Virus record (IMG/VR): IMGVR_UViG_3300014208_000001 | Span: 37,318 to 101,317 of that record | Direction: 5' to 3' (one strand) | DNA length: 64,000 nucleotides | From: a virus | Lineage: Duplodnaviria > Heunggongvirae > Uroviricota > Caudoviricetes | Shown here: piece by piece, positions 49,417-57,491 of the stretch | Layout: the number at the start of each line of letters is the position of its first letter | Numbering within the stretch: the stretch's first letter is position 1 | Notes under the pieces: generated by a model | Told to the model about the DNA's origin: nothing | The model's input: the letters and a program-made list of their open reading frames with translations, nothing else | Database searches by the model: none | Translations under genes and position numbers: made by a program

Positions 49417-49433
49417 GATATCTCCTAATAATA

Positions 49434-49461
49434 TATTGCAAAGATCACTCGAAGCGTAAAT
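49434..49461. promoter_or_regulatory. Quasi-palindromic element, candidate bidirectional promoter
   Basis: TATTGCA-N14-CGTAAAT between divergent tilS and 49499. Confidence 0.6.
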
Positions 49462-49498
49462 TTACAGATGCCAATAATTACGGAAATATGTCATTATC

Positions 49499-49987
49499 AT
49501 GAACAAGACACAAGATTCAGACACAGATAATATAATTTATGCGATATTTGAAGAATTATTTCATGTTCGCAATACTGATTTGCGAACCACTTTCATGCAG
49601 TCTACACCACCTTTATTTTGTAAAAAATGCGCACTATGGGTATATGTCAAAGACACTACTAAATTAGGATTGCATGTCATAGTTGAACAAGGATGCGTTA
49701 AAAACAGCGATACAAAACATACAAGTAAATCTCGTGTGCGTATTGTTATTAGTTTATCAGATAACTCTATTGTTGATATCACATTTACACACGGTCTTGA
49801 AAGTCATATTTTTTATACTTATAACAATCATATACCGTTATTTGATTTTTCAAAAGACACATTTATCGAATATATCAATGATTCTATCAAGAATATGCAT
49901 GCGTATCGCCTAAATTTAATACATAATTATGCTTATTCACAATCTGATTATTTAGCTATGATCGATCATAAGGATACACATGAATAA
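49499..49987 (+). CDS. Helix-first variant related to family A
   Basis: IIYAIFEEL, CxxC, IPLFDF. Confidence 0.6.
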   Translation: MNKTQDSDTDNIIYAIFEELFHVRNTDLRTTFMQSTPPLFCKKCALWVYVKDTTKLGLHVIVEQGCVKNSDTKHTSKSRVRIVISLSDNSIVDITFTHGLESHIFYTYNNHIPLFDFSKDTFIEYINDSIKNMHAYRLNLIHNYAYSQSDYLAMIDHKDTHE

Positions 49988-50366
49988 TGAAATGCTAAAA
50001 GCAATACACGCTGAAGTAATATCATTATTACCGACTTTGAAAAATATATTAATCACAGATTCATACAATCGTAAAATCAATAGCAAACAAGCTTATGTAT
50101 GTGATAACTGTGTTTTTAATTCTAGAATAGATGAATGGGATATCATAAATACGCCAGCTATTATAACATTATCGGCAAAATGTATAAATCATAATATTGA
50201 TATGAAGATGCGATTTTGTCCTACCCATCATTATGACTATAACCCTAATGAATTGATATTCTCGTTTTGTGGAAGATATGGCAAATTAAATTTAACTGAT
50301 TTTACAAGAGAATTATTGTTAACAAGAATAATTAAGATGATAATTGGTGAACCTGCTTTTTGGTAA
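49980..50366 (+). CDS. Helix-first variant related to family A
   Basis: EMLKAIHAEV, CxxC, LNLTDF. Confidence 0.6.
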   Translation: MNNEMLKAIHAEVISLLPTLKNILITDSYNRKINSKQAYVCDNCVFNSRIDEWDIINTPAIITLSAKCINHNIDMKMRFCPTHHYDYNPNELIFSFCGRYGKLNLTDFTRELLLTRIIKMIIGEPAFW

Positions 50367-50526
50367 ATCTTGAAAAAGCAACACATTTACAGAACATGTC
50401 CTCATTGCCCTTATTGCTTTGTTCGTATGTATTATGATAATTCTGAGCACACAAGGTACCGCTGTGGTACTTGCGGTAAGCGATTCGTTTTCGACAAGCA
50501 AACAACGAAATTGAAAGAAGAGGAAA

Positions 50527-50880
50527 ATGGAAGACATTTATGAAGGTGATAATGCGGTTTGTGTGATTGAACCGAAGCACAAAACCGATAAGACTAATGA
50601 AACGAAGCGTCAGCCACCATATGTTGTTATTATTTATAATGATAATGATCATACTGTTCCGTATGTTATTGAAGGTTTACAGAAAGTTTTTGGATATTCA
50701 GTTGAAAAGGCTGTTATATACACAGCTGAAATACACCATACTGGCAGATCTATAGTGTGGTCTGGTACAAGAGAATTAGCTGAGTTAAAACAAGAACAAT
50801 TGGTGAGCCTTGGGCCTGATCTTTACGGTGCTAAGCCGGTTGAGTACCCATTAGGAGTTACAATTGAACCAGCTACATAG
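50527..50880 (+). CDS. clpS: ClpS N-degron adaptor protein
   Basis: PPYVVIIYNDNDHT..YVIE.LQKVFG, EIHHTGRSIV, E.AELK, PLGVTIEP. Confidence 0.9.
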   Translation: MEDIYEGDNAVCVIEPKHKTDKTNETKRQPPYVVIIYNDNDHTVPYVIEGLQKVFGYSVEKAVIYTAEIHHTGRSIVWSGTRELAELKQEQLVSLGPDLYGAKPVEYPLGVTIEPAT

Positions 50881-50909
50881 TGTATGTAAAATTACACTAG
50901 GAGTTCAAA

Positions 50910-51242
50910 ATGCAATCAAAATTCATAGAAAAACCATGGGGCAATGAAGTTTGGTTAGAATTAAATGCGTCATATTGTTTTAAAAAGTTAACTGTACGAG
51001 CTGGTCATAGATTAAGTCTTCAATATCATCAATACAAAAAAGAAACACTTATTTTAATAAGTGGTAGTGCTGTTTTTACAATAGATAAAATCGACAAAAC
51101 ATTTAATGCTGGTGATTTTATCACAATTGATCCTGGCACAATCCATAGAATTGAAGCTATTACTGATTGTATTTTGTTTGAAGCTTCGACTCCTGAAGTA
51201 GATGATGTTGTACGAGTTCAAGATGACTATCAAAGGAACTAA
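50910..51242 (+). CDS. Cupin, mannose-6-phosphate isomerase type II-like
   Basis: KPWG, RLSLQYHQYKKET, PGTIHRI, EASTPEVDDVVRVQDDY. Confidence 0.88.
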   Translation: MQSKFIEKPWGNEVWLELNASYCFKKLTVRAGHRLSLQYHQYKKETLILISGSAVFTIDKIDKTFNAGDFITIDPGTIHRIEAITDCILFEASTPEVDDVVRVQDDYQRN

Positions 51243-51244
51243 TC

Positions 51245-51451
51245 ATGCATATCCAATTAATGGGTGGCCCATTGGATGGTGCAAAAATGTCCGACAAAAC
51301 GGACGTTTTATTCATAAAATTCGCTAATAATAGAATAGCAATTTATTATAAAGATAAGATTAAAAAACCACAACATTATAATTATTATACAATAGCGTCT
51401 GAAAGCGATTTAGAAGACATAACAGATATCATGTTAGATGAATTAAATTGA
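51245..51451 (+). CDS. Small hypothetical protein
   Basis: L.GGPLDG motif. Confidence 0.65.
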   Translation: MHIQLMGGPLDGAKMSDKTDVLFIKFANNRIAIYYKDKIKKPQHYNYYTIASESDLEDITDIMLDELN

Positions 51452-51895
51452 CAATTCAGTCGAACAATCTTGTTGATTTATAAAATCATCTATTTTTATA
51501 GCTCCATCGAATTCGATTAATTTGTACTTTTTGTTTATAACTATGGGGTATTCTTCTTGATTTTTAATTTCTAATTCAGCGTATAATATTGTATCGCTTA
51601 TCGTTAGTGATACGATATAGATATTATCACCTTTAGCGTAGACTATCGAATTATGTGTCATTATTAATGCTTTGTATTCATCATTATGACTTTCAAAGTT
51701 ATCAATGATAATTGCTTTTATTATATCGCTTTTACCAACAGCATCTGGTTTGCAATAGTCTCCAATCGAAACATTGATAGAAAATGTTGAGGAATTTGAC
51801 GTAGGATGCATATTGCAATCTTTCATGATGGAACATATCATTATGATTCGATGCCATTTACGCCGCAAAATGACATAATACGTTGTAGTTTGCAT
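51443..51895 (-). CDS. Family A paralogue
   Basis: TYY, DIIKAIIID, YKLIEF. Confidence 0.65.
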   Translation of the reverse strand: MQTTTYYVILRRKWHRIIMICSIMKDCNMHPTSNSSTFSINVSIGDYCKPDAVGKSDIIKAIIIDNFESHNDEYKALIMTHNSIVYAKGDNIYIVSLTISDTILYAELEIKNQEEYPIVINKKYKLIEFDGAIKIDDFINQQDCSTELSI

Positions 51896-52252
51896 AGTAA
51901 ATATATTGATTTGATATCTGAATATCGTAAAATCAATAATGATAAAGCTGATTTAGTACGCGGTATATTTATACTAGATGAACGAACATATAATGTGCTA
52001 ACCACAGTCGACAGAGCAGACATGTGGCTCACAGGTGACAAAGCATATTCGCAAAACGCACACCAATTAAAATCATGTGCTAGTGGATCTTCTGTTATAT
52101 TAGGACAATTGCCAGAATCTTCACAGCATTTCCTGGCTGGAAATACTATTGATGCACAAGCAGAATTAGAAACAATGGCTGATGAATTTGCACTGTTGAT
52201 TAAAGATATTAAAAGCGAAAGCCGCACCATCAAAAGTGTGATTGATCACTAA
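51806..52252 (+). CDS. Hypothetical protein (true start probably near 51900)
   Basis: Protein-like C-terminal two thirds. Confidence 0.55.
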   Translation: MHIAIFHDGTYHYDSMPFTPQNDIIRCSLHSKYIDLISEYRKINNDKADLVRGIFILDERTYNVLTTVDRADMWLTGDKAYSQNAHQLKSCASGSSVILGQLPESSQHFLAGNTIDAQAELETMADEFALLIKDIKSESRTIKSVIDH

Positions 52253-52348
52253 AAGTATCTGATGGGCAGCATTTACTTCATATTCTTGAATTGTATATGT
52301 TGTTTATGACTTGTGGATTATGTGAAGGGTAAACTTTTTGAGCGACTT

Positions 52349-52429
52349 TGTCCGGATTTATCGGAGATTTATTTGTAAATCAAGCAATCCGGACATCGCG
52401 TCCGGATTCGTGTCCGGATTCGTGTCCGG
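52349..52429. repeat. Cluster of TCCGGA-centred repeats
   Basis: TGTCCGGATT 52349 inverted with AATCCGGACA 52386; tandem GTCCGGATTCGT at 52400 and 52412 plus partial at 52424. Confidence 0.85.
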
Positions 52430-52447
52430 CTCTAGAAATATTTTGAC

Positions 52448-52657
52448 ATGACTAATGATGAACGCGAACGATTAAATATGTTACGAAATATTCGAGACGG
52501 ACATGGGCCATCGACACGCGCAGAGGCAGGATATTTTTGGGACGTATTAGAATTTTTGAAAGGTAAACAATTAAATAATGCTGGTATAAAAGAATTAGCA
52601 CGATTAGAATCATTAGATAATTTAACTATTGAATATCGTAATACCAATGACGAATAA
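52448..52657 (+). CDS. Small hypothetical protein
   Basis: 69 aa ORF. Confidence 0.6.
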   Translation: MTNDERERLNMLRNIRDGHGPSTRAEAGYFWDVLEFLKGKQLNNAGIKELARLESLDNLTIEYRNTNDE

Positions 52658-52665
52658 TTAGATAC

Positions 52666-52682
52666 ATTTCCTCTGAGGAAAT
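52666..52682. terminator. Short palindrome between convergent genes
   Basis: ATTTCCTC-T-GAGGAAAT. Confidence 0.45.
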
Positions 52683-52683
52683 A

Positions 52684-53115
52684 TCAAAACATATCAAATA
52701 CATTACGTATGTCATAACTACAAATATTATGCTCACTAGTTGTATAATATACATTCTTGATACCAAATGCAGAAATTACTTTCTGACACGCATCGCATGG
52801 TTTGGACATATGAATATTACCACTAATTGATAATCTTATATTTACCATATCACACTTTTGTATTAATTTTTTATATTGCATCGAATAATAAGGCAATTTA
52901 CTTATAGTATTCATTTCAGAATGAATATGGGCATGTTGTAATCCATATTGTAATGCTATTGGGTGAGTCGTTTGGCTATTATAGCCAAACGATATTATTT
53001 TATTTTTTAATATTAAGTATGATACGTGCCGATATTTACCATTTGTAGTTCCATTGATTTCATCAATGTTGGCATACGTTCGTTCTATTAATCGTTTTAA
53101 AATTTTATTATTCAT
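52684..53115 (-). CDS. Cytidine/dCMP deaminase-like Zn-dependent deaminase
   Basis: GYN, HSE, SKPCDAC, GIKNVYYT. Confidence 0.85.
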   Translation of the reverse strand: MNNKILKRLIERTYANIDEINGTTNGKYRHVSYLILKNKIISFGYNSQTTHPIALQYGLQHAHIHSEMNTISKLPYYSMQYKKLIQKCDMVNIRLSISGNIHMSKPCDACQKVISAFGIKNVYYTTSEHNICSYDIRNVFDMF

Positions 53116-53528
53116 CGTTGAAATGTTAATACGATTTTAGCTATTGTGGCTATTCCATTTTGAACCAATTCTAAATTATCCATTTTCATATCGCTGATTG
53201 TGGTATCAGCGATTCTACTTATTGTTCCGTCGAATATTGGATATTTATCTTTGTCATATAGTCTGAACCATGCTGCTGTTCCTGTTTTACTTACTATTGC
53301 TGTTACTATTTGATTAAATGATACTATACCTAAACTAGGTGTGCTAAACAATGGATATGGTAATGTGATCGTGGCTAATGGTGTTTTGCTTGGTGTGGTA
53401 TCTTGGTCTGATGGCAATGATCCATCAAATATATCTATTATTGGGCCGCTGTATGTGCTTCCTGAATGGATTAATGTGACCATCGCTTGCGCTAAGCCGT
53501 TCCGTGATTTTGTCGATAAATATGGCAT
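53112..53528 (-). CDS. Probable virion structural protein
   Basis: SRN..A, IFDGS.P, LATITL, GTAAWFRLYD. Confidence 0.6.
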   Translation of the reverse strand: MPYLSTKSRNGLAQAMVTLIHSGSTYSGPIIDIFDGSLPSDQDTTPSKTPLATITLPYPLFSTPSLGIVSFNQIVTAIVSKTGTAAWFRLYDKDKYPIFDGTISRIADTTISDMKMDNLELVQNGIATIAKIVLTFQR

Positions 53529-53561
53529 TCGTTTTCTCGTATTTTGTGGTAAATCAAACTT

Positions 53562-53590
53562 TTGAAAGTCTTAATCAAGGAGTTTAAAAT
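53562..53590 (+). promoter_or_regulatory. Sigma70-like promoter for candidate ncRNA
   Basis: TTGAAA-N17-TAAAAT. Confidence 0.55.
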
Positions 53591-53596
53591 GTGAAC

Positions 53597-53786
53597 TTAC
53601 TACATATATTAAATATTCGTCTAATAACGCCACAATCTATGATTGAGTATCTATGCTAGATACGTTTGGCGTAAGACGCCACCTTGTGTGGAAATGTGGG
53701 TTGGCCAATAGGCACTTTGAATCACCATTGGAACGTGGTTTAAAGCAATCCCACCTCGCCTAGAGCACGGATGCTCTTTTATTTTT
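53597..53786 (+). ncRNA. Candidate structured non-coding RNA
   Basis: Seven stems in 150 nt including an 11-bp stem with G-U pairs valid only on +; ends in AGAGCA-CGGA-TGCTCT-TTTATTTTT. Confidence 0.6.
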
Positions 53787-54138
53787 CAAAATTATATACT
53801 GACACAATTGGTATTTCCTTGCTTTTCTCCTTTATCCGAATACACATATTATATAAATTATCAAAACTCATAGGCATATCAAGAACCTGTAAAGCATCAC
53901 AAACCGATATATCATTTAATACTTTCCTTAATGTATATCCCCTCTCAGATGATTCAACCAATCCACATTTCACTAACTTAGATAATATTTTGGGCACATA
54001 CGTTTGAGATACCTCACGTATATGATTATCAGCCTCAATTATTGATACTATTTCCTTGCATTCTATTTCTGATTGACTATTGTGAAGAACCCTAATTATT
54101 TCTAATATATATTCTACGGCCCTGGTTTCTTTCAGCAT
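53779..54138 (-). CDS. Rrf2-family winged-helix regulator
   Basis: VSQTYVPKILSKLVKCGLVES..RGYTL....ISVCD. Confidence 0.8.
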   Translation of the reverse strand: MLKETRAVEYILEIIRVLHNSQSEIECKEIVSIIEADNHIREVSQTYVPKILSKLVKCGLVESSERGYTLRKVLNDISVCDALQVLDMPMSFDNLYNMCIRIKEKSKEIPIVSVYNFEK

Positions 54139-54542
54139 TTAATTTTCCCAATCAAGTCTTTGACATTGTAGTACAATTTTAACGATTCCATTTCCTTTAT
54201 AGTGAAAAATGCCATCGCAGCAAACTCATTATTATGTTTAAGCTCTTGAGAGCTAACCATTTTGCAATGAAAAAACGCAACATTCTTTTTCTTCTTATCT
54301 GGTATAGGATCACCAATAGTTCTAACTCTTATACCAGCTTCTTCTCTAGACTCTCTAACTACAGCTTGTTTTGGAGTTTCATTCCTCTTTATACCACCAC
54401 CAATAAAACACCATTTATTGTTTCTATCATCAGACGTTTTAGCCAATCCTAATAACCATTTATCTTTATACTCAACAACAGCAACAGATGCCTTATACTT
54501 AATCGCCTCTTCAAGCAATAATTCTACAACGTCATCAAACAT
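54132..54542 (-). CDS. Nudix hydrolase
   Basis: Nudix box GGGIKRNETPKQAVVRESREEAGI. Confidence 0.9.
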   Translation of the reverse strand: MFDDVVELLLEEAIKYKASVAVVEYKDKWLLGLAKTSDDRNNKWCFIGGGIKRNETPKQAVVRESREEAGIRVRTIGDPIPDKKKKNVAFFHCKMVSSQELKHNNEFAAMAFFTIKEMESLKLYYNVKDLIGKIKC

Positions 54543-54601
54543 AATTCCTCCCCAATATTTTATATTTGCAAAAATAATTTATAACCTCCAAAGGAACAAT
54601 T

Positions 54602-55270
54602 ATGAAATTTCGTACACTCGAAGAAAAATTAGACGCCAAACTAACCAAATTCACCGAGAATAAAAAGAATCAATTTACTAGTAAGAAAGTATTCATAGAA
54701 TACCTAACAGAAGGTGCGATATTAAATATTAATAAACTATGCTCAGAAATATTCTCAATACCATACGGCAAATACGTCGTATGGGAACTAAACGATTCAA
54801 ACGCATCACTAGTGCCATTAGGAACTAGTAACGACATACTACCATCATTGGATAAGCCATATGATATCATAACACAAACATTAGTCAACAATTGGGATAA
54901 AATATTCACCGAAGATGAATCTGACGATGGTACAGAATTCGTTTCACAAGTTGATATGTCATCAGTCGATAGATTACCACTAGCTAGAGCATTAGAAGAC
55001 CGTGGTATGACAGTAACCGAATTGGCTCGAGCTTGTGACGTAGACCCGCCAGCTATATCAAGAATCTTACGTAAACCAAATAGTGGCGCTGCTGGCGATC
55101 CTGGTGGCCGAAATCCATCAATGGCACTAGCTTCAAAAATCTGCGCTGTGCTACGTTTAGATCCTCGGGCCGCATTTCCTGACTTCTTCAGAGCTGACCC
55201 ATCCCACGAAGCAAGAAAACCACCTAAAAACCGTGGATCTGGCAAAAACGGTTATGGGGCCAGCGAATAA
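54602..55270 (+). CDS. XRE-family HTH protein with MKFRTLEE leader
   Basis: RGMTVTELARACDVDPPAISRI...RNPSMALASKICAVL. Confidence 0.8.
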   Translation: MKFRTLEEKLDAKLTKFTENKKNQFTSKKVFIEYLTEGAILNINKLCSEIFSIPYGKYVVWELNDSNASLVPLGTSNDILPSLDKPYDIITQTLVNNWDKIFTEDESDDGTEFVSQVDMSSVDRLPLARALEDRGMTVTELARACDVDPPAISRILRKPNSGAAGDPGGRNPSMALASKICAVLRLDPRAAFPDFFRADPSHEARKPPKNRGSGKNGYGASE

Positions 55271-55272
55271 CA

Positions 55273-55608
55273 ATGAAATTACGTAAAATATACGAAGACC
55301 TCACAAACTCTAGTATAAACTCAATGGCCGACCGCCTACAAGCCGATAGAGTATCAAAGCAATTATCACAAGACAGCGACACAGCAGCAGTTAAAAAGAT
55401 ACTACAACAAAAAGACGAAAACGATAAAAAGCAACATGAACAGCAAATGAAAGTATTACAGCCACAATTGCAAAAAATAGATAATACTATACGAAAAGTA
55501 CAAACTACATCAAATAATATAAATACTCAAAATACGAATAATATTAAACACGGCTCAGAATTAGAAGACGAAATAGATGAATTTAAGAGCACATTACCCC
55601 ACTGGTAA
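55273..55608 (+). CDS. Coiled-coil protein with MKLRKIYE leader
   Basis: Q/K/N-rich helix. Confidence 0.7.
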   Translation: MKLRKIYEDLTNSSINSMADRLQADRVSKQLSQDSDTAAVKKILQQKDENDKKQHEQQMKVLQPQLQKIDNTIRKVQTTSNNINTQNTNNIKHGSELEDEIDEFKSTLPHW

Positions 55609-55611
55609 AAT
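55568..55611 (+). repeat. 44-bp direct repeat, copy 1
   Basis: 39/44 identical to 56102-56145. Confidence 0.85.
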
Positions 55612-56014
55612 CTATGCTGTTATAAATAGAGCACTTATTATCTATAATAAATTTGTTTATGCTTTTTTCTATCATATGATCAAATCCATATAATATATCA
55701 CGGTCAAGCACACTATCATGCGTTTTTATCCAATTTTTAATAATATTATCATACATTTTAATCATATCAAAAATTTTATCGACTATATCATTTGTGTTAT
55801 TATTAATATCATTGTATCCACAAAATTTTAATTTAGAATATGCAAAAGTTATATTATTGATTATTTTATTGGATCTATTATCGATATCACTATTTGCATT
55901 AGAGCGCGAACTAACACTTTTCCTCATGCGATCAATAATATCATTGGCATAAGTCAATTCTGCGTTCACATATTTTAAATCGATGCAATCAGCGTACATG
56001 TAATCGCCCATCAT
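55583..56014 (-). CDS. Hypothetical helical protein inside the duplication-flanked cassette
   Basis: 143 aa ORF. Confidence 0.6.
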   Translation of the reverse strand: MMGDYMYADCIDLKYVNAELTYANDIIDRMRKSVSSRSNANSDIDNRSNKIINNITFAYSKLKFCGYNDINNNTNDIVDKIFDMIKMYDNIIKNWIKTHDSVLDRDILYGFDHMIEKSINKFIIDNKCSIYNSIDFTSGVMCS

Positions 56015-56101
56015 TCAGAAGCTTTGTTAACGACCCACGGTACTTTTGTTATAAGCACAGTGAGCAAAATTATATAATTATTATATCAATTAAATATATT
56101 C

Positions 56102-56145
56102 ACGAAATAGATAAATTTAAGAGTGCAATGCCCCACTGGTAAAAT
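56102..56145 (+). repeat. 44-bp direct repeat, copy 2
   Basis: ACGAAATAGATAAATTTAAGAGTGCAATGCCCCACTGGTAAAAT. Confidence 0.85.
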
Positions 56146-57485
56146 TATAACCATTTAATAAATCTAATCTTTGGAGGTGATATTACTTTATTATAACAAT
56201 ATTTAGTAGCGTATTCGGCTTCTTTCATATGCATTTTACACGCTAAATTATATAATGTCTTTTTAAGCATAACAAAACCATCATTATCAATATAGAAATA
56301 CGACTTATCAGTCATACCATCATATACCCAATTAGCGGCCTTATAAATGGTTCCAGTATGACCGACACCAGTATCAGCAAAACTGACTAACACTTTAATA
56401 TTATTTGGAATAAATTTTATGATTTTAGACAAAAACCATGATGCAAAATTTTTCTTATGGTATTCATCATGTATAACAAACCTACGCAATTCTAAACAAG
56501 TCAAATTATTAACACCTAATCTAGCCGCTGTTTCAACTCTAGTAGGAGCACTTAAAACAGCCACAGCTATAAGAGTAGTATTTAAAAATGCCCCTATCTT
56601 AATTCTGCCAGCTAATTTACCTAAATAATGGAATGAATTTAAAAATCCAGATGCAGTCATTTCATCAATTATATCAACAGTAACATTATTAAAATCAAAA
56701 TCATGTGATATAATATTATCAATACCAACCCATTTTCTAATTTGTTGTTTAACCCTATTTGCTGCGCCAAATTCATGTTCCCAAATATATTTAATTTTTA
56801 TACCTGGAAAATATCTTTCCATGTACGTTGCTTTAGCTCTATCTTTTGATATTGTTTTCGGCTGTGAATGTATATAATCACCTTGAACCTCAACTAAAAA
56901 ATCATAATCATTATGTATTATCCTACAATCAAAAGTCCAATGGCCAAATCTACATAAATCGCTACTTTCTTTATAATATGTTATATTATTATTATCTAAA
57001 ATTTTATAAAATGATTCTTGTAATTGTGATATTCTACCCGACATTTTTTGTCTACCAATAGCCATATTTATCTTCATAGCATCAGGTAATGTTTTACCTT
57101 TATTCCATGGTGCATTGCCTATGCACTTTGTTTTACTACTAATCATAGATCGTTCTTTTCCAACATCAGATAATAATATATTATGTCGTTTATTTATTCT
57201 AACTACAGTAACTCTACTTATATTGCATATTTTAGCTATTTCTTCTATCGAATGGGTATCTCGTAACAATGATATTTTGCTTATTAATTCTTCATCGTAT
57301 TGCTTTAATGGTGCTTTATACTTTAATGGTACGATATTTAATTTTTTAGCTCTTTTACTAAGTTGTGTTTCTGAAACATTATATAATTTACTAAATTCGC
57401 GTATTGTCATACTAGGTAATTTACTTATTATATCGTTGTCAAACTTTGACCAATCTATAGGTTTACCAATTGGCATAATTAACAC
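56145..57485 (-). CDS. HTH + NUMOD3-like + Vsr/DUF559-like endonuclease + Mom-like GNAT domain
   Basis: PWNKGK, FDC...VEVQGDYIH...D..K, IWEHE; FHYLG, ELRRF, ASWFL, LVSFAD...GHTGTIYKAANW. Confidence 0.82.
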   Translation of the reverse strand: MLIMPIGKPIDWSKFDNDIISKLPSMTIREFSKLYNVSETQLSKRAKKLNIVPLKYKAPLKQYDEELISKISLLRDTHSIEEIAKICNISRVTVVRINKRHNILLSDVGKERSMISSKTKCIGNAPWNKGKTLPDAMKINMAIGRQKMSGRISQLQESFYKILDNNNITYYKESSDLCRFGHWTFDCRIIHNDYDFLVEVQGDYIHSQPKTISKDRAKATYMERYFPGIKIKYIWEHEFGAANRVKQQIRKWVGIDNIISHDFDFNNVTVDIIDEMTASGFLNSFHYLGKLAGRIKIGAFLNTTLIAVAVLSAPTRVETAARLGVNNLTCLELRRFVIHDEYHKKNFASWFLSKIIKFIPNNIKVLVSFADTGVGHTGTIYKAANWVYDGMTDKSYFYIDNDGFVMLKKTLYNLACKMHMKEAEYATKYCYNKVISPPKIRFIKWL

Positions 57486-57491
57486 CGAAAA

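Noticed and set aside
52349-52429. CRISPR array
   Set aside because: Units are 12 bp, tandem without spacers, and no cas genes are present.
53696-53761. tRNA or tmRNA 3' end (GTGGG...AATCCCACCTCGCC resembles a T arm)
   Set aside because: No TTC loop, about 40 nt sit inside the would-be loop, no matching 5' acceptor strand, no CCA.
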